Made by a program: the position numbers and the translations under genes
Notes under the pieces: generated by a model
What the model saw: the letters and a program-made list of their open reading frames with translations, nothing else
The model's database searches: none
What the model was told of the DNA's origin: nothing
Assembly (NCBI GenBank): GCA_965216125.1
Contig: OZ244152.1
Coordinates: 4,427,947-4,491,946, forward strand
Origin: Candidatus Multivorans sp.
GTDB lineage: Bacteria; Acidobacteriota; Thermoanaerobaculia; Multivoradales; Multivoraceae
Direction of reading: 5' to 3'
DNA length: 64,000 nt
Shown here: positions 24,802 to 34,175 of the stretch, piece by piece
Numbering within the stretch: position 1 is the first letter of the stretch
How the letters are laid out: each line of letters begins with the position of its first letter

Positions 24802-25695
24802 TCAGTCCGACGACACCCCCAGGTGCTCGTTGAACCAGGCGACCAACGCGCTCGCTGCGCGCTGGCTGTCCTCACCGCGGAAGCCGTGGGCGGCGCCCTC
24901 GATGACCACCAGCTTGGAGGTCACGTTCGCCTCGTCGAAGGCGGCCTTGATTCGCTCGCTGTGGCTCAGAGCCACGAGCGCGTCCTGGTCACCGTGGACG
25001 AGCAGGGTCGGCGGATCGTCCTCGCTGACGAACAGGACCGGTGAGATGGCGGTCGCCTTCTCCGCGTCGAAATCGAGGGCCGGGAAGCGCTCGTTCGGAC
25101 CGGTAAGCCCCTGCAGGTCGACCGGCGGGAAGTAGGCGACGACCGCGGCGACGCGGTTGCCGGTCTGTTCGATCGGGTCGTTGCTCTCCGGGTTGCCCTC
25201 GTCCGAGGCGTTGCCGAGCATCAGAGACAAGTGGCCTCCGGCGCTGCCGCCGGTGACACCCAACCGTTCCGGGTCGACGCCGAAGTCGTCCGCGTTGAGA
25301 CGGACGTAGCGGACCGCGCGGCGCACGTCGGCGACCGCCTCCGGCACCTTGAACAACGGCGCCGAGCCGTGGCGGACCATGAACACGGCGTAGCCGTTGT
25401 CCAGGAGATCGCCGACCGCTCCGGCGCGGCGACTGTCACCGGACACGATGCGGTGCGGATCCGACCAGCGGGAGAACCAGCCGCCGCTGACCATGAACAG
25501 CACGCCGGCGCCGTTCTGGTCGGCCGGCACGAGTGCATCGAAGGTCAGGGCCATGCCCATCTTGTGGCCGTAGACGACGTCGGCGTGGACTTCGGTGTCG
25601 CCACCGGCGGAAAGCGGCGCGGCGAGCAGGGCAAGGGCAATCAGGACTGCGAGTGTGTGCTTCACGAGTGTCTGTTTCATTTGGGGGTTCTCCAT
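24802..25695 (-). CDS. Secreted alpha/beta-hydrolase (carboxylesterase, GGSAGG nucleophile elbow)
   Basis: Signal peptide, GxSxG, abhydrolase_3-like. Confidence 0.8.
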   Translation of the reverse strand: MENPQMKQTLVKHTLAVLIALALLAAPLSAGGDTEVHADVVYGHKMGMALTFDALVPADQNGAGVLFMVSGGWFSRWSDPHRIVSGDSRRAGAVGDLLDNGYAVFMVRHGSAPLFKVPEAVADVRRAVRYVRLNADDFGVDPERLGVTGGSAGGHLSLMLGNASDEGNPESNDPIEQTGNRVAAVVAYFPPVDLQGLTGPNERFPALDFDAEKATAISPVLFVSEDDPPTLLVHGDQDALVALSHSERIKAAFDEANVTSKLVVIEGAAHGFRGEDSQRAASALVAWFNEHLGVSSD

Positions 25696-25725
25696 GTTCT
25701 CGGTCTGTTCGGGCGGGCGGACGTT

Positions 25726-25759
25726 CTCAGGCCACTACGGTTCGCTCAGGCCACTACGG
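25726..25759. repeat. 15-bp direct repeat CTCAGGCCACTACGG x2 (19-bp period) at the amidohydrolase stop codon
   Basis: Copies at 25726–25740 and 25745–25759. The second copy contains the TAG stop of the 25754 gene on the opposite strand. Confidence 0.5.
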
Positions 25760-27451
25760 CCGCGCGCCTCCCGCCGTCTCCTGCAACGGGCTCTCTGACT
25801 CCATTTTGGCAGCGGCAACCATATCCGCCACGTCGGCGAGCAGGGCCTTCGCGTCGAACAGGATCCCGTCCTTGATCGTGTAGCGGACGCCGCCGACCCG
25901 CTCGGGCCGGCCCGTCTCATCGTTGAGCCGCACGGCGCCGGTGCCGTAGAGCACCTTGAGGTTGGCTACCGGGTTCTCGTCGACCACGAGCAGGTCGGCC
26001 AGCATGCCCTCGCGCACGATGCCGAACTCCATCTCGGCGCCGCTGGCCCGGGTCAACTCCTCGGCGCCGTACATGGTCGCCGAGCGGATGACCTCCAGCG
26101 GATGGAAGCCGGCCTCCTGGAGCAGCTCGAGCTCCAGGATCGTGCCGAAACCGTAGGTCTGGTAGATGAAGCCGGAGTCCGAACCGATCGTGACCCGGCC
26201 GCCGCGGTTCTTGTACTCGTTCAGGAACTGCATCCACACCCGGTAGAAGTTCTTCCACGCCACTTCGTCCCAGGTGGTCCAGTCGTACCAGTACGAGCCA
26301 TGGTCCTCGCGGCTGGGGGCGTAGAACTCGGCCAGCGTGGGCAGCGTGTAGTCCGCGTGCCAGTCGGCGTTGCGCGCCCGCATCACGTCGCGGCCGGCCG
26401 AGTAGATCGTCATCGTGGGGTTGATGAAGAAGTCGAGTTCGAGGAACTCGTCGAGCAGGGCGTTCCAGCGCTCGCCGCCGGGCTCGACCAGGCGCCACTG
26501 GCGGGCGACCTGGCCGAAGCGGAACTGCTCGTCCGCGTAGTTCATCTGCGCCGGCCAGGGCTGCACGTCGGCGCCGTCGTACATCGCCTCGAACAGGCCG
26601 TAGAAGTGGGTCATCCCGATCAGGCCGAGGCGGGCCGCGTCGAGGGCGTTCATGTGCGCCACGCCCATCTGGTCGAGGTGGGCCGTCGATCCCATTCCCA
26701 GGCTGCCGGCCTCGTCGATCAGAGCCGCCATGATCTTCGGCGGGTAGGCACCGAGCTTCAATCCGTCCACGCCCTTCTCGTGGGCGTAGCGCACCCACTC
26801 CCTGGCGTCGGCGGGAGTGCGGATGTCGCGGTCCTTCCACTCCTTGCCGCCGCCCGGTCTCTGGTAGGAGACCAGGCGCGGCGCCGTGATCTCGTTGTTC
26901 TGGCTGCGCTCCTTCTCACTCAGGTCCCAGTCGAGCGGCCCCGTCGGTACGCCGCGGGCCGTGGTAATGCCGTGAGCGAGCCACAACTTGTAGGCGTACT
27001 CGGCCCGCGGCGCCTTCGGCATGCCGCCGGTATGCACGTGGAGATCGACCAGTCCCGGCAGCACCCACGAGCCGGTGAGATCGAGTTCGCGGTCGGCGTC
27101 CTTCGGACGCTTGTCCTCGTCGATCTCGGCGCCCGGCATCCCGATGCTCTTGATTTCCTCGATCCGGTTGCCCTCGATGACGACGTCGACCGGCCCCGAG
27201 GGGGGCGCACCGGTGCCGTCGATCAGGATGACGCCGCGCAGGATCAGGCGGTCGAAGGGACCCTCGCCCTCGTCGTCGGGCCGCGGCGGCGCCGGCTCGA
27301 CGAGCTTCGGTTCTTCCTCTTCGTCGTCGGCCGCAGCGACACCGGGCGCCACCACCCCCGAAAGCAGGGCAACGATAGTGAAGAGGCCGAGTCCGGGGCC
27401 GAAGAAGGCGACCGGAGCGTGGTTCAAGGCATCAAGGATCCGTCTAGACAC
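25754..27451 (-). CDS. Amidohydrolase-family metal-dependent hydrolase, membrane-anchored or secreted
   Basis: VDLHVHT metal-binding motif, N-terminal hydrophobic segment, acidic low-complexity linker. Confidence 0.85.
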   Translation of the reverse strand: MSRRILDALNHAPVAFFGPGLGLFTIVALLSGVVAPGVAAADDEEEEPKLVEPAPPRPDDEGEGPFDRLILRGVILIDGTGAPPSGPVDVVIEGNRIEEIKSIGMPGAEIDEDKRPKDADRELDLTGSWVLPGLVDLHVHTGGMPKAPRAEYAYKLWLAHGITTARGVPTGPLDWDLSEKERSQNNEITAPRLVSYQRPGGGKEWKDRDIRTPADAREWVRYAHEKGVDGLKLGAYPPKIMAALIDEAGSLGMGSTAHLDQMGVAHMNALDAARLGLIGMTHFYGLFEAMYDGADVQPWPAQMNYADEQFRFGQVARQWRLVEPGGERWNALLDEFLELDFFINPTMTIYSAGRDVMRARNADWHADYTLPTLAEFYAPSREDHGSYWYDWTTWDEVAWKNFYRVWMQFLNEYKNRGGRVTIGSDSGFIYQTYGFGTILELELLQEAGFHPLEVIRSATMYGAEELTRASGAEMEFGIVREGMLADLLVVDENPVANLKVLYGTGAVRLNDETGRPERVGGVRYTIKDGILFDAKALLADVADMVAAAKMESESPLQETAGGARP

Positions 27452-27513
27452 GTTCCCCTCCCAAAGAAGAAGACAGAGCGGCCGAAACTATCGCGCCCAC
27501 TCCTGGTCGAGAC

Positions 27514-28518
27514 TCACGACAAGGATGGGCGGTCGCCGGAATCGACGACAGCACTCAGATAGAGCAGCGCCTGACCCGGCTGAGGCGCCCGCACCAGCAG
27601 GCCGTGGGTCGCGGACAGCACATCCCGGCGACTGATCTGCCCTACCAGCCTCCGGCCCTTGAGCACCGGCAGCCGGCGGTAGGGCGTGCTCTTGAAGATG
27701 CGGGCGATGGCCAGAAGGTCGGTGTCCTCGGAGATCGTGCGCGCCTTGCGGTCCATGAAGGCCGACGCGTCCGTGGAGTCGAGTTCGAAGTCCCCGGATT
27801 CACCTTCCTCGTCCGGTGCCGCCAGATCCTCCAGGCCGAGTTCGCTGCTGCGCTCGCGCAGAATCGAGCGCCGCCCGTCGAGCGCCGAGGTCAGGTGGTG
27901 CGAGGCCGCGAGCACGTCACGGCGGCTGACCTGGCCCACCAGCGTGCCGTCCCGGACCACGGGCAGGCGCCGGTACGGGGTATCCAGAAAGCGCTGGGCC
28001 ACCTCGAGCAGCGGCTCGGAACCCTCGATCACGCGACCGAAGTCGGTGTTCATGAAGGCGTCGACCGGCGCCGACGGCAACTGGTCGTAGGCCAGCCCGA
28101 GCAGGACGTCCATCGAGCACTTCTCGGAGAAGACCCCCAGCAACGCACCGTTCTTGTCGACCACCGGCGCGCCCGAAATCCGGTTCTTGAGCAGCAGGGC
28201 GATCGCGTCGAGAGCCGACATGCCGGCCTTGAGCGTCACCAGGCGTGTGGCCATGAAGTCTCGCGCCCGGGTACCGCGGCTCCGCGCCAGACCGCGTTCG
28301 TCGGCGGCGCGGGCGGTCACGGTAAGCACCGTGAGGCAACTCTTCTCGGACAGCATGCCGAGGTAGCGATGCCGCTCGTCGATCACCGGCGCGCCGGTGA
28401 TGCGGTGCCGCAGCAGGGCCGCAATCCCGTCGTAGACGTGCGTGCGTGGATGCACGGTCACCAGCTTGGTCACCATGATGTCCCGCGCCAGCTTGGGCCT
28501 GTCGATCCTTCTTTCCAT
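27514..28518 (-). CDS. Protein with four CBS domains
   Basis: Two tandem CBS pairs (GAPVIDE..., GAPVVDK..., LPVVRDG..., LPVLKG...). Confidence 0.8.
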   Translation of the reverse strand: MERRIDRPKLARDIMVTKLVTVHPRTHVYDGIAALLRHRITGAPVIDERHRYLGMLSEKSCLTVLTVTARAADERGLARSRGTRARDFMATRLVTLKAGMSALDAIALLLKNRISGAPVVDKNGALLGVFSEKCSMDVLLGLAYDQLPSAPVDAFMNTDFGRVIEGSEPLLEVAQRFLDTPYRRLPVVRDGTLVGQVSRRDVLAASHHLTSALDGRRSILRERSSELGLEDLAAPDEEGESGDFELDSTDASAFMDRKARTISEDTDLLAIARIFKSTPYRRLPVLKGRRLVGQISRRDVLSATHGLLVRAPQPGQALLYLSAVVDSGDRPSLS

Positions 28519-28637
28519 CGGAAGCCCCTTGATCGTAGCAGCGGCTGAGCCAACCGAAAGCCCCCGGCCCGTCAGAGGCTGGTAGGCTCGCCCGCTCTCG
28601 AAGTTTCAATTCACCAGCAAGTCGAGGGGAGATACCC

Positions 28638-29945
28638 ATGACTCGTGCCGCCACGCTGCCCCGCCTCCTGACCGCGCTCCTTGCGGTCGCTTTCCTGAGC
28701 CTTGGTCTCACAGCCTGCGCCCAGACTCGCGCCGATACTCCGATCCAGGGACCGCGCGATCTGGCGAGCGCCACGCCGGAGAGCGTCGGCATGTCGAGCG
28801 AACGGCTCGAACGCCTGGACGACGCGATGCAGGGCCTGGTCGACGACGGGCTGCTGGCCGGCATCACGACGATGATCTCCCGCCACGGCAAGATCGCCCA
28901 CTTCGGCACCTTCGGACACCAGGACATCGAAGCCGGCGCCGCGATGAGCGAAGACACGATCTTCCGCATCTACTCGATGAGCAAGCCGATCACCGGCGTC
29001 GCCCTGATGATCCTCTACGAGGAGGGCAAGTTCCGGCTCTCCGACCCGGTGCACCGGTACATCCCCGAGTTCGAGGGCCTGGTGGTCGCCAAGGAGGATG
29101 GGCCGAACGGCCAGCCGATCACCGAGCCGGCCGACCACCCGATGACCATCCGCGAGCTGATGGCGCACACCGCCGGCCTCAGCTACGGCATCTTCTCGCA
29201 GTCCCAGGTCGACGCGATGTACAACGAAGCGAACGTCCTCGACAACGAATCGACGCTCAAGGACATGATCGGCAAGCTGTCGAAGATCCCGCTCCGCCAG
29301 CAGCCCGGCTCGATGTGGCACTACAGCGTCGCGGTCGACGTCCAGGGCTACCTCGTCGAGGTGCTCTCCGGCCAACCGCTCGATGAGTTCCTCAATGAGC
29401 GCGTGTTCGGTCCGCTGGGCATGAACGACACCGCTTTCCATGTCGCCGCCGACAAGGCGGACCGCTTCTCCCAGGTCTACACCCACGATGAGGACGGCAA
29501 CCTGTTGGCCCAGGAGGGCTTCGGCGGCCGCCGCGACTACCTCGACCCGCCCGCGTTCCTCTCCGGCGGCGGCGGCCTGGTGTCCACGACGATGGACTAC
29601 ATGCGGTTCAGCCAGATGATGCTCAACGGCGGCGAACTGGCCGGCGTCCGCATCCTGGCGCCCTCGACGGTCAAGCTGATGCACCTCAACCACCTGCCAC
29701 GTGAACTCGGCGAGATGTCCCCGGGCACCGGCTTCGGCCTCGACTTCGCCGTCGTCCTCGACCCCGTCGCCGCCGACGGCATCTCCAAGGGCGAGTACTC
29801 CTGGGGCGGCGCCGCCGGCACCTGGTTCTGGATCGACCCGAAGGAAGACCTCGTCTTCGTCGGCATGATCCAGCACTTCGGCCCCCGGCGGCCGGACGTT
29901 CGGTCGCTGAGCCGCCGGCTCACCTACCAGGCGATTCTCGAGTAG
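28638..29945 (+). CDS. Serine hydrolase of the beta-lactamase (class C / esterase) family, lipoprotein
   Basis: Lipobox LTAC, SxxK motif YSMSKPITG. Confidence 0.85.
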   Translation: MTRAATLPRLLTALLAVAFLSLGLTACAQTRADTPIQGPRDLASATPESVGMSSERLERLDDAMQGLVDDGLLAGITTMISRHGKIAHFGTFGHQDIEAGAAMSEDTIFRIYSMSKPITGVALMILYEEGKFRLSDPVHRYIPEFEGLVVAKEDGPNGQPITEPADHPMTIRELMAHTAGLSYGIFSQSQVDAMYNEANVLDNESTLKDMIGKLSKIPLRQQPGSMWHYSVAVDVQGYLVEVLSGQPLDEFLNERVFGPLGMNDTAFHVAADKADRFSQVYTHDEDGNLLAQEGFGGRRDYLDPPAFLSGGGGLVSTTMDYMRFSQMMLNGGELAGVRILAPSTVKLMHLNHLPRELGEMSPGTGFGLDFAVVLDPVAADGISKGEYSWGGAAGTWFWIDPKEDLVFVGMIQHFGPRRPDVRSLSRRLTYQAILE

Positions 29946-29981
29946 GCCTCGTAGCGAGGCCGGCGGCGGCGGCGGCGGCGG
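29946..29981. repeat. Stop-adjacent hairpin GCCTCG-tag-CGAGGC followed by a (CGG)7 trinucleotide microsatellite
   Basis: gcctcgtagcgaggc then cggcggcggcggcggcggcgg. Confidence 0.6.
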
Positions 29982-30019
29982 AGGCACCGGCTGTGGTCGC
30001 GCAGCCGTGCCTCGGGGCG

Positions 30020-31267
30020 CTACCGCTTCGCTCTCTTGCCGAACATGATCCCCGCGACGCGGCGGATCTGGATCTCTTCCGATCCTTCGGTGATCCGGTA
30101 CCGCCGGTGGTGGCGGTAGATGTGCTCGAAGGGCATGTGGCGGGTGTAGCCGATGCCGCCGTGGGTCTGAATGGCGCGGTCGGCGGCGTCGCAGACCAGG
30201 CGATTCGCGCGGTAGTTGCACATGGAGACCTTGTCGGTCACTTCCATGTGGTGCTGCTGGTCGAGTTCCCAGGCGGTCTTGTAGACCAGGTTCCGCACCA
30301 TCTCGCATTCGGTCTGGAGTTCGGCGAGCGGGAACTGGATCGCCTGGTTGAGCCATAGCGGCTTGCCGAAGACCGTCCGCTTGCGGGCGTATTCGATGCT
30401 GCGGTCGATGCAGTACTGCGCGCCGCCGACGCCGGAGGCGGCCTGGCGGATGCGGTTCTCATGCACGAAGGTCTGCGCCAGGGCGAGGCCGCGGCCCTCC
30501 TCGCCGAGGATCGCGTCGTTCGGCACCCGGACTGCTGAGAGCGACACCTCGGCGTGGTCGGTCGGCATGTTGAACGTCCACCACATGAAGGGGATCTCGA
30601 AGCCGGGCGAGTTCGTCGGGACGATGAAACAGGTGACGCCGTCCGCCTGCCCGGGGTCGCCGGAGGTGCGGGCGAAGATCAGGTCGTGGGTGGCGGCGTG
30701 GAGGCCCGAGTTGAAGCGTTTGCCGCCGTCGATGATCCAGTCGTCACCGTCGCGGACTGCCGCGGTCTCGAGCCAGGTCGCGTCGGAGCCGTGGTCGGGC
30801 TCGGTCAGGCCGAAGCCCATCTTCACCGCGCCGGTCATCATGCCCTCCATGAACTGCGCCTTCTGGGCGGGCGTCCCGAAGCGGTGCATCATGATCACGG
30901 TCGGGAAGTTGCCGACGATCGAGGACTCGTTCTGCAGGTCGTTGTGCAGGCCCAGGCCCTTGGCGGCCAGGTGCTCCCGGATCACCGCCATCGCCAGGTT
31001 CGAGCCGTCCTGACCTCCCAGCTCCCGCGGAAGACCGAAACGAAGGTGGCCGACGGCGTCGGCACGCCGCTTCATCTCGCGAAGCAGGGCCTCCCACTCG
31101 GGCCGCGGCGTGCCGTCGTTCTCGAAGTCCGTCCGCGCCCACTCGCGGCGCTGATCGAAGAAACGGATGTTGTCGTCCTGCTGCTCGAGCGGCTTGATCT
31201 CGCGCTCGATGAAGTCGTCGAGTTCGGCCAGCTTGTCGCGGATGTCCTGGGGTATCTGGAAGTCCAT
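30020..31267 (-). CDS. Acyl-CoA dehydrogenase
   Basis: ACAD N, M and C domains. Catalytic glutamate region YRITEGSEEIQ. Confidence 0.9.
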   Translation of the reverse strand: MDFQIPQDIRDKLAELDDFIEREIKPLEQQDDNIRFFDQRREWARTDFENDGTPRPEWEALLREMKRRADAVGHLRFGLPRELGGQDGSNLAMAVIREHLAAKGLGLHNDLQNESSIVGNFPTVIMMHRFGTPAQKAQFMEGMMTGAVKMGFGLTEPDHGSDATWLETAAVRDGDDWIIDGGKRFNSGLHAATHDLIFARTSGDPGQADGVTCFIVPTNSPGFEIPFMWWTFNMPTDHAEVSLSAVRVPNDAILGEEGRGLALAQTFVHENRIRQAASGVGGAQYCIDRSIEYARKRTVFGKPLWLNQAIQFPLAELQTECEMVRNLVYKTAWELDQQHHMEVTDKVSMCNYRANRLVCDAADRAIQTHGGIGYTRHMPFEHIYRHHRRYRITEGSEEIQIRRVAGIMFGKRAKR

Positions 31268-31274
31268 GGTTCGG

Positions 31275-32189
31275 CTACCCCGCTTCCAGGTAAGCGCCGA
31301 TGATCTCGGCCAGCCGTTCCGGCGCGTCGAAATGCACCATGTGGCCGGCTTCGGGGATCTCGACGTGGTGAACGTTGCGGAACAGGCGGACGCGACGCTC
31401 GATCTCGTCCGGCGCCGCCGGCGTGTCGTAGTCGATGCCGCCCCGGCCGCGGTAGAAGTCGGCCGAGCGGCCGCCGGTGATCACGAGCACCGGGCAAGCG
31501 ATCCAGGGCCAGCGCTCCGCCGACAACTGACTCGACATGGTCAGCCCGGTAGTCTCGACTTGCGGGTCCCACTTCCACTGCAAACCGCCGTACGGGTGCT
31601 CGGTGGTCCCGATCTCCACCAGGTGCCGCGCCAGGTCGTGGTCGAGACCCGGATGGAACCGGCAGTAGAGCCGCCAAGCGTCGTCCAGATCCATCATCGG
31701 CCGCTTGTGGCCCCCGGGCCGCAGCAAGCTCGTATGGCCGTTCTGCAGACGAAGCTGCCGGTTCTCGACCGGCATGTCGCTCTCGCGGAACGGCGCGCCG
31801 ACGCCGTCGATGTTCACGACCACACTGGGCACGTCGTTGAACACCGCGGCGTAGTGACTCACGATGTGACCGCCCAGGCTGTGGCCCACCAGCACCGGCC
31901 GCTCCAACTGGAGCTGGAAGATGACCGCGTGGAGATCGGCGATGAAGTGCGGCAGGGCGTAGACCCCCGGCTTGCCGCTGTCGCCGTGACCGCGTAGATC
32001 GAGCGAGACGACGCGGTAGCGGTCGCGGAACCGGTTCGCCAACGGCTCGAACGCCATCGCCAGATCCTGCATACCGTGCAGCAGGACCAGGGGCGGCGCC
32101 TCCGCGTTGCCGTAGTCGTAGACCTGCAGTTCGACACCGCCCGCGCCGGGCAGGCGGAGACTTTCGGGAGGTGAACTGTCCGTCGTCAT
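31275..32189 (-). CDS. Alpha/beta hydrolase fold protein. Start ATG at 32189; the track start at 32351 is probably too early.
   Basis: HGxxD, GHSLGG nucleophile elbow, C-terminal His. Confidence 0.8.
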   Translation of the reverse strand: MTTDSSPPESLRLPGAGGVELQVYDYGNAEAPPLVLLHGMQDLAMAFEPLANRFRDRYRVVSLDLRGHGDSGKPGVYALPHFIADLHAVIFQLQLERPVLVGHSLGGHIVSHYAAVFNDVPSVVVNIDGVGAPFRESDMPVENRQLRLQNGHTSLLRPGGHKRPMMDLDDAWRLYCRFHPGLDHDLARHLVEIGTTEHPYGGLQWKWDPQVETTGLTMSSQLSAERWPWIACPVLVITGGRSADFYRGRGGIDYDTPAAPDEIERRVRLFRNVHHVEIPEAGHMVHFDAPERLAEIIGAYLEAG

Positions 32190-32284
32190 GGGATTGGCGA
32201 GGATACGCCAAGCTCGGCGAACGGCTCGACGCGGACCGGTTATCCTTGCCGCTTCACCACCAAGCAGCCCCGAAGGAGCATCCG

Positions 32285-32818
32285 ATGAAGACGAACGTAT
32301 GGACTGTTGGAGCGATCGCGATACTGCTGCTTCCCGCCACCGTCGCGGCATCCGATCTGTCCGCCGAGAAGGCCTTCGAGCGACTCAAGGCCCTGGCCGG
32401 CACCTGGGAAGGATCGGCAAGCGGCGAGGGTGAGGAAGCCGAGGCCGAGGCGGATGCCGCCGTCCTCGTGGTCCACGAGTTCGAGGTCACCGCCAACGGC
32501 CATGTGTTGATGGAGCGCATGGGGCCGGACACCGAGTACGAGATGGTCAACATGTACCACCTCGACGGATCGGACCTCGTCCTCACCCACTACTGCTCGG
32601 CCGGCAACCAGCCGAGGATGAAGTTCAACGCCGCCACCAGCGCCCCAAACCGCCTGGTCTTCGATTTCCACGGCGGCACGAACCTGGACACCACCCCCAA
32701 CCACATCCACTCGGCGGAGATCCGGCTCGACGGCGAGAACAGGATCGACAGCGCATGGAAGGCCCACGAGGGAGACATGGAAGCCGGGACGATGACCTTC
32801 CACCTGAAGCGACGCTGA
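32285..32818 (+). CDS. Secreted hypothetical protein. Start ATG at 32285 with signal peptide MKTNVWTVGAIAILLLPATVAAS.
   Basis: Signal peptide and an acidic linker, then a conserved ~120-aa domain. Confidence 0.6.
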   Translation: MKTNVWTVGAIAILLLPATVAASDLSAEKAFERLKALAGTWEGSASGEGEEAEAEADAAVLVVHEFEVTANGHVLMERMGPDTEYEMVNMYHLDGSDLVLTHYCSAGNQPRMKFNAATSAPNRLVFDFHGGTNLDTTPNHIHSAEIRLDGENRIDSAWKAHEGDMEAGTMTFHLKRR

Positions 32819-32888
32819 GGAGTTCGGGACGAACCGGGCGGCGCGGCTTGCGGTTGCCCGACGTCATGCTTGTGCCTACAATGGTCAC

Positions 32889-33173
32889 ATGGTGACGGTT
32901 GGAGCAAGAGAACTCAAGACAAGGCTGGGCACGTACCTCCGGAGGGTGCGAGAGGGATCGGTGATTCTCGTGACCGAACGAGGACGACCGGTCGCCGAAC
33001 TGCGGCCCGTGCCGAAGGCCGCCTCGGACGAGGAGGAGAAGCTCCTCGACCTCGCGGCCAGGGGACTCGTGACCCTGGGGACCGCGCGCCTTGCGCCGTC
33101 CATCGAACCGGTCCAGGTGCGCGGCGGATCGGTCGCGACCACCATCGTCGAGGAACGAGACGACAGGTTCTGA
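32889..33173 (+). CDS. Phd/YefM-family antitoxin (second TA pair)
   Basis: 94 aa. One-nt stop/start overlap with the downstream PIN gene. Confidence 0.8.
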   Translation: MVTVGARELKTRLGTYLRRVREGSVILVTERGRPVAELRPVPKAASDEEEKLLDLAARGLVTLGTARLAPSIEPVQVRGGSVATTIVEERDDRF

Positions 33174-33604
33174 TGCTGTTTCTGGACGCGAGCGCTCTGG
33201 TGAAGCGGTACGTCGAGGAAGACGGATCGGAGTTGGTCATCGAAGCAATGGCCGGACAACCCGTGGCCATCAGCCGGCTATCGGCGACCGAGGTGGTCTC
33301 GGCAATCTGTCGGCGCTGCCGCGAAGGCGACATGCGGGTCGAACAGCGCGAAGCCGCCCTGCTCTCTCTCGACACCGAGCGCCCAGCCTTCCACGTGGTG
33401 GAGCTCACGGAAGAGATCACGACGAGGGCCGCAACGCTGCTGCGTCGGCACCCCCTGCGGGCGAGCGATTCGGTGCAGCTTGCCTCCTGCCTGTTGCTGG
33501 CCGATGAGCTGGGAACGCTTGCTCGCCTCGTCGCGTTCGACGACCGCCTCATGGGCGCCGCCCAGGCAGAGGGTGTCGAGTGCCTGGCCGTCGACGGCTC
33601 GTAG
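33173..33604 (+). CDS. vapC: PIN-domain toxin VapC (second copy)
   Basis: MLFLDASALVKRY with acidic PIN residues. Confidence 0.8.
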   Translation: MLFLDASALVKRYVEEDGSELVIEAMAGQPVAISRLSATEVVSAICRRCREGDMRVEQREAALLSLDTERPAFHVVELTEEITTRAATLLRRHPLRASDSVQLASCLLLADELGTLARLVAFDDRLMGAAQAEGVECLAVDGS

Positions 33605-33692
33605 CACAGCTCCCGGGCCCCCGAACCGGCGCGTCGGCCGGCCCGAGTACACTCCATCCCACCGCGCCAGCCACAGCCCGGAGATCCGACAG

Positions 33693-34150
33693 ATGACAGA
33701 ATCCCGGAACGCCAACGCCCGCACGAATGGCCTCTACGGCGCGCATGGGCGGGCGCTGATGGTCGACATCTCGACCGGCGAACACCATGTGGAGACGATC
33801 CCGCCTGCCACGACGCCTGCAACCGGTACGGCATGGACACGGTGAGCTCCAGCGCCACGATCGCCTGGGTGTGCGAGGCCGTGGAACGCGGCGACCTCAC
33901 CACGAACGACCTCGACGGCGTCGAGATACGCTGGGGCAAGAGCGAGGCCGCCCTCGCCCTGACGATCAAGATGGGCGAGGGCGACGGACTTCTCGAAACC
34001 GGTCCGCTCGCCGGGGTTCAGCCGCCGCTCGAACAGTTGAAGCGAGACTACTACCAGGCGATGGACTGGGATCCCGACACCGGCCGGCTCAGCCGAGACC
34101 GCGCCGAGCAACTGGGCATGGCCGAGTTGCTGGACGCCCAACTGGCCTGA
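33693..34150 (+). pseudogene. Aldehyde:ferredoxin oxidoreductase (AOR, tungsten/molybdenum) remnant. About 460 bp remain of ~1.8 kb, with two internal deletions and one frameshift.
   Basis: N-terminal fragment LYGAHGRALMVDISTGEHHVETIP. Mid fragment CNRYGMDTVSSSATIAWVCEAVERG...IRWGKSEAALALTIKMGEGDGLLETGPLAG, in another frame. C-terminal fragment [31 protein letters not shown]. All match the AOR family in collinear order. Confidence 0.7.
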
Positions 34151-34175
34151 TTCAGGTCTCAGGTCTTCCGCTCCG

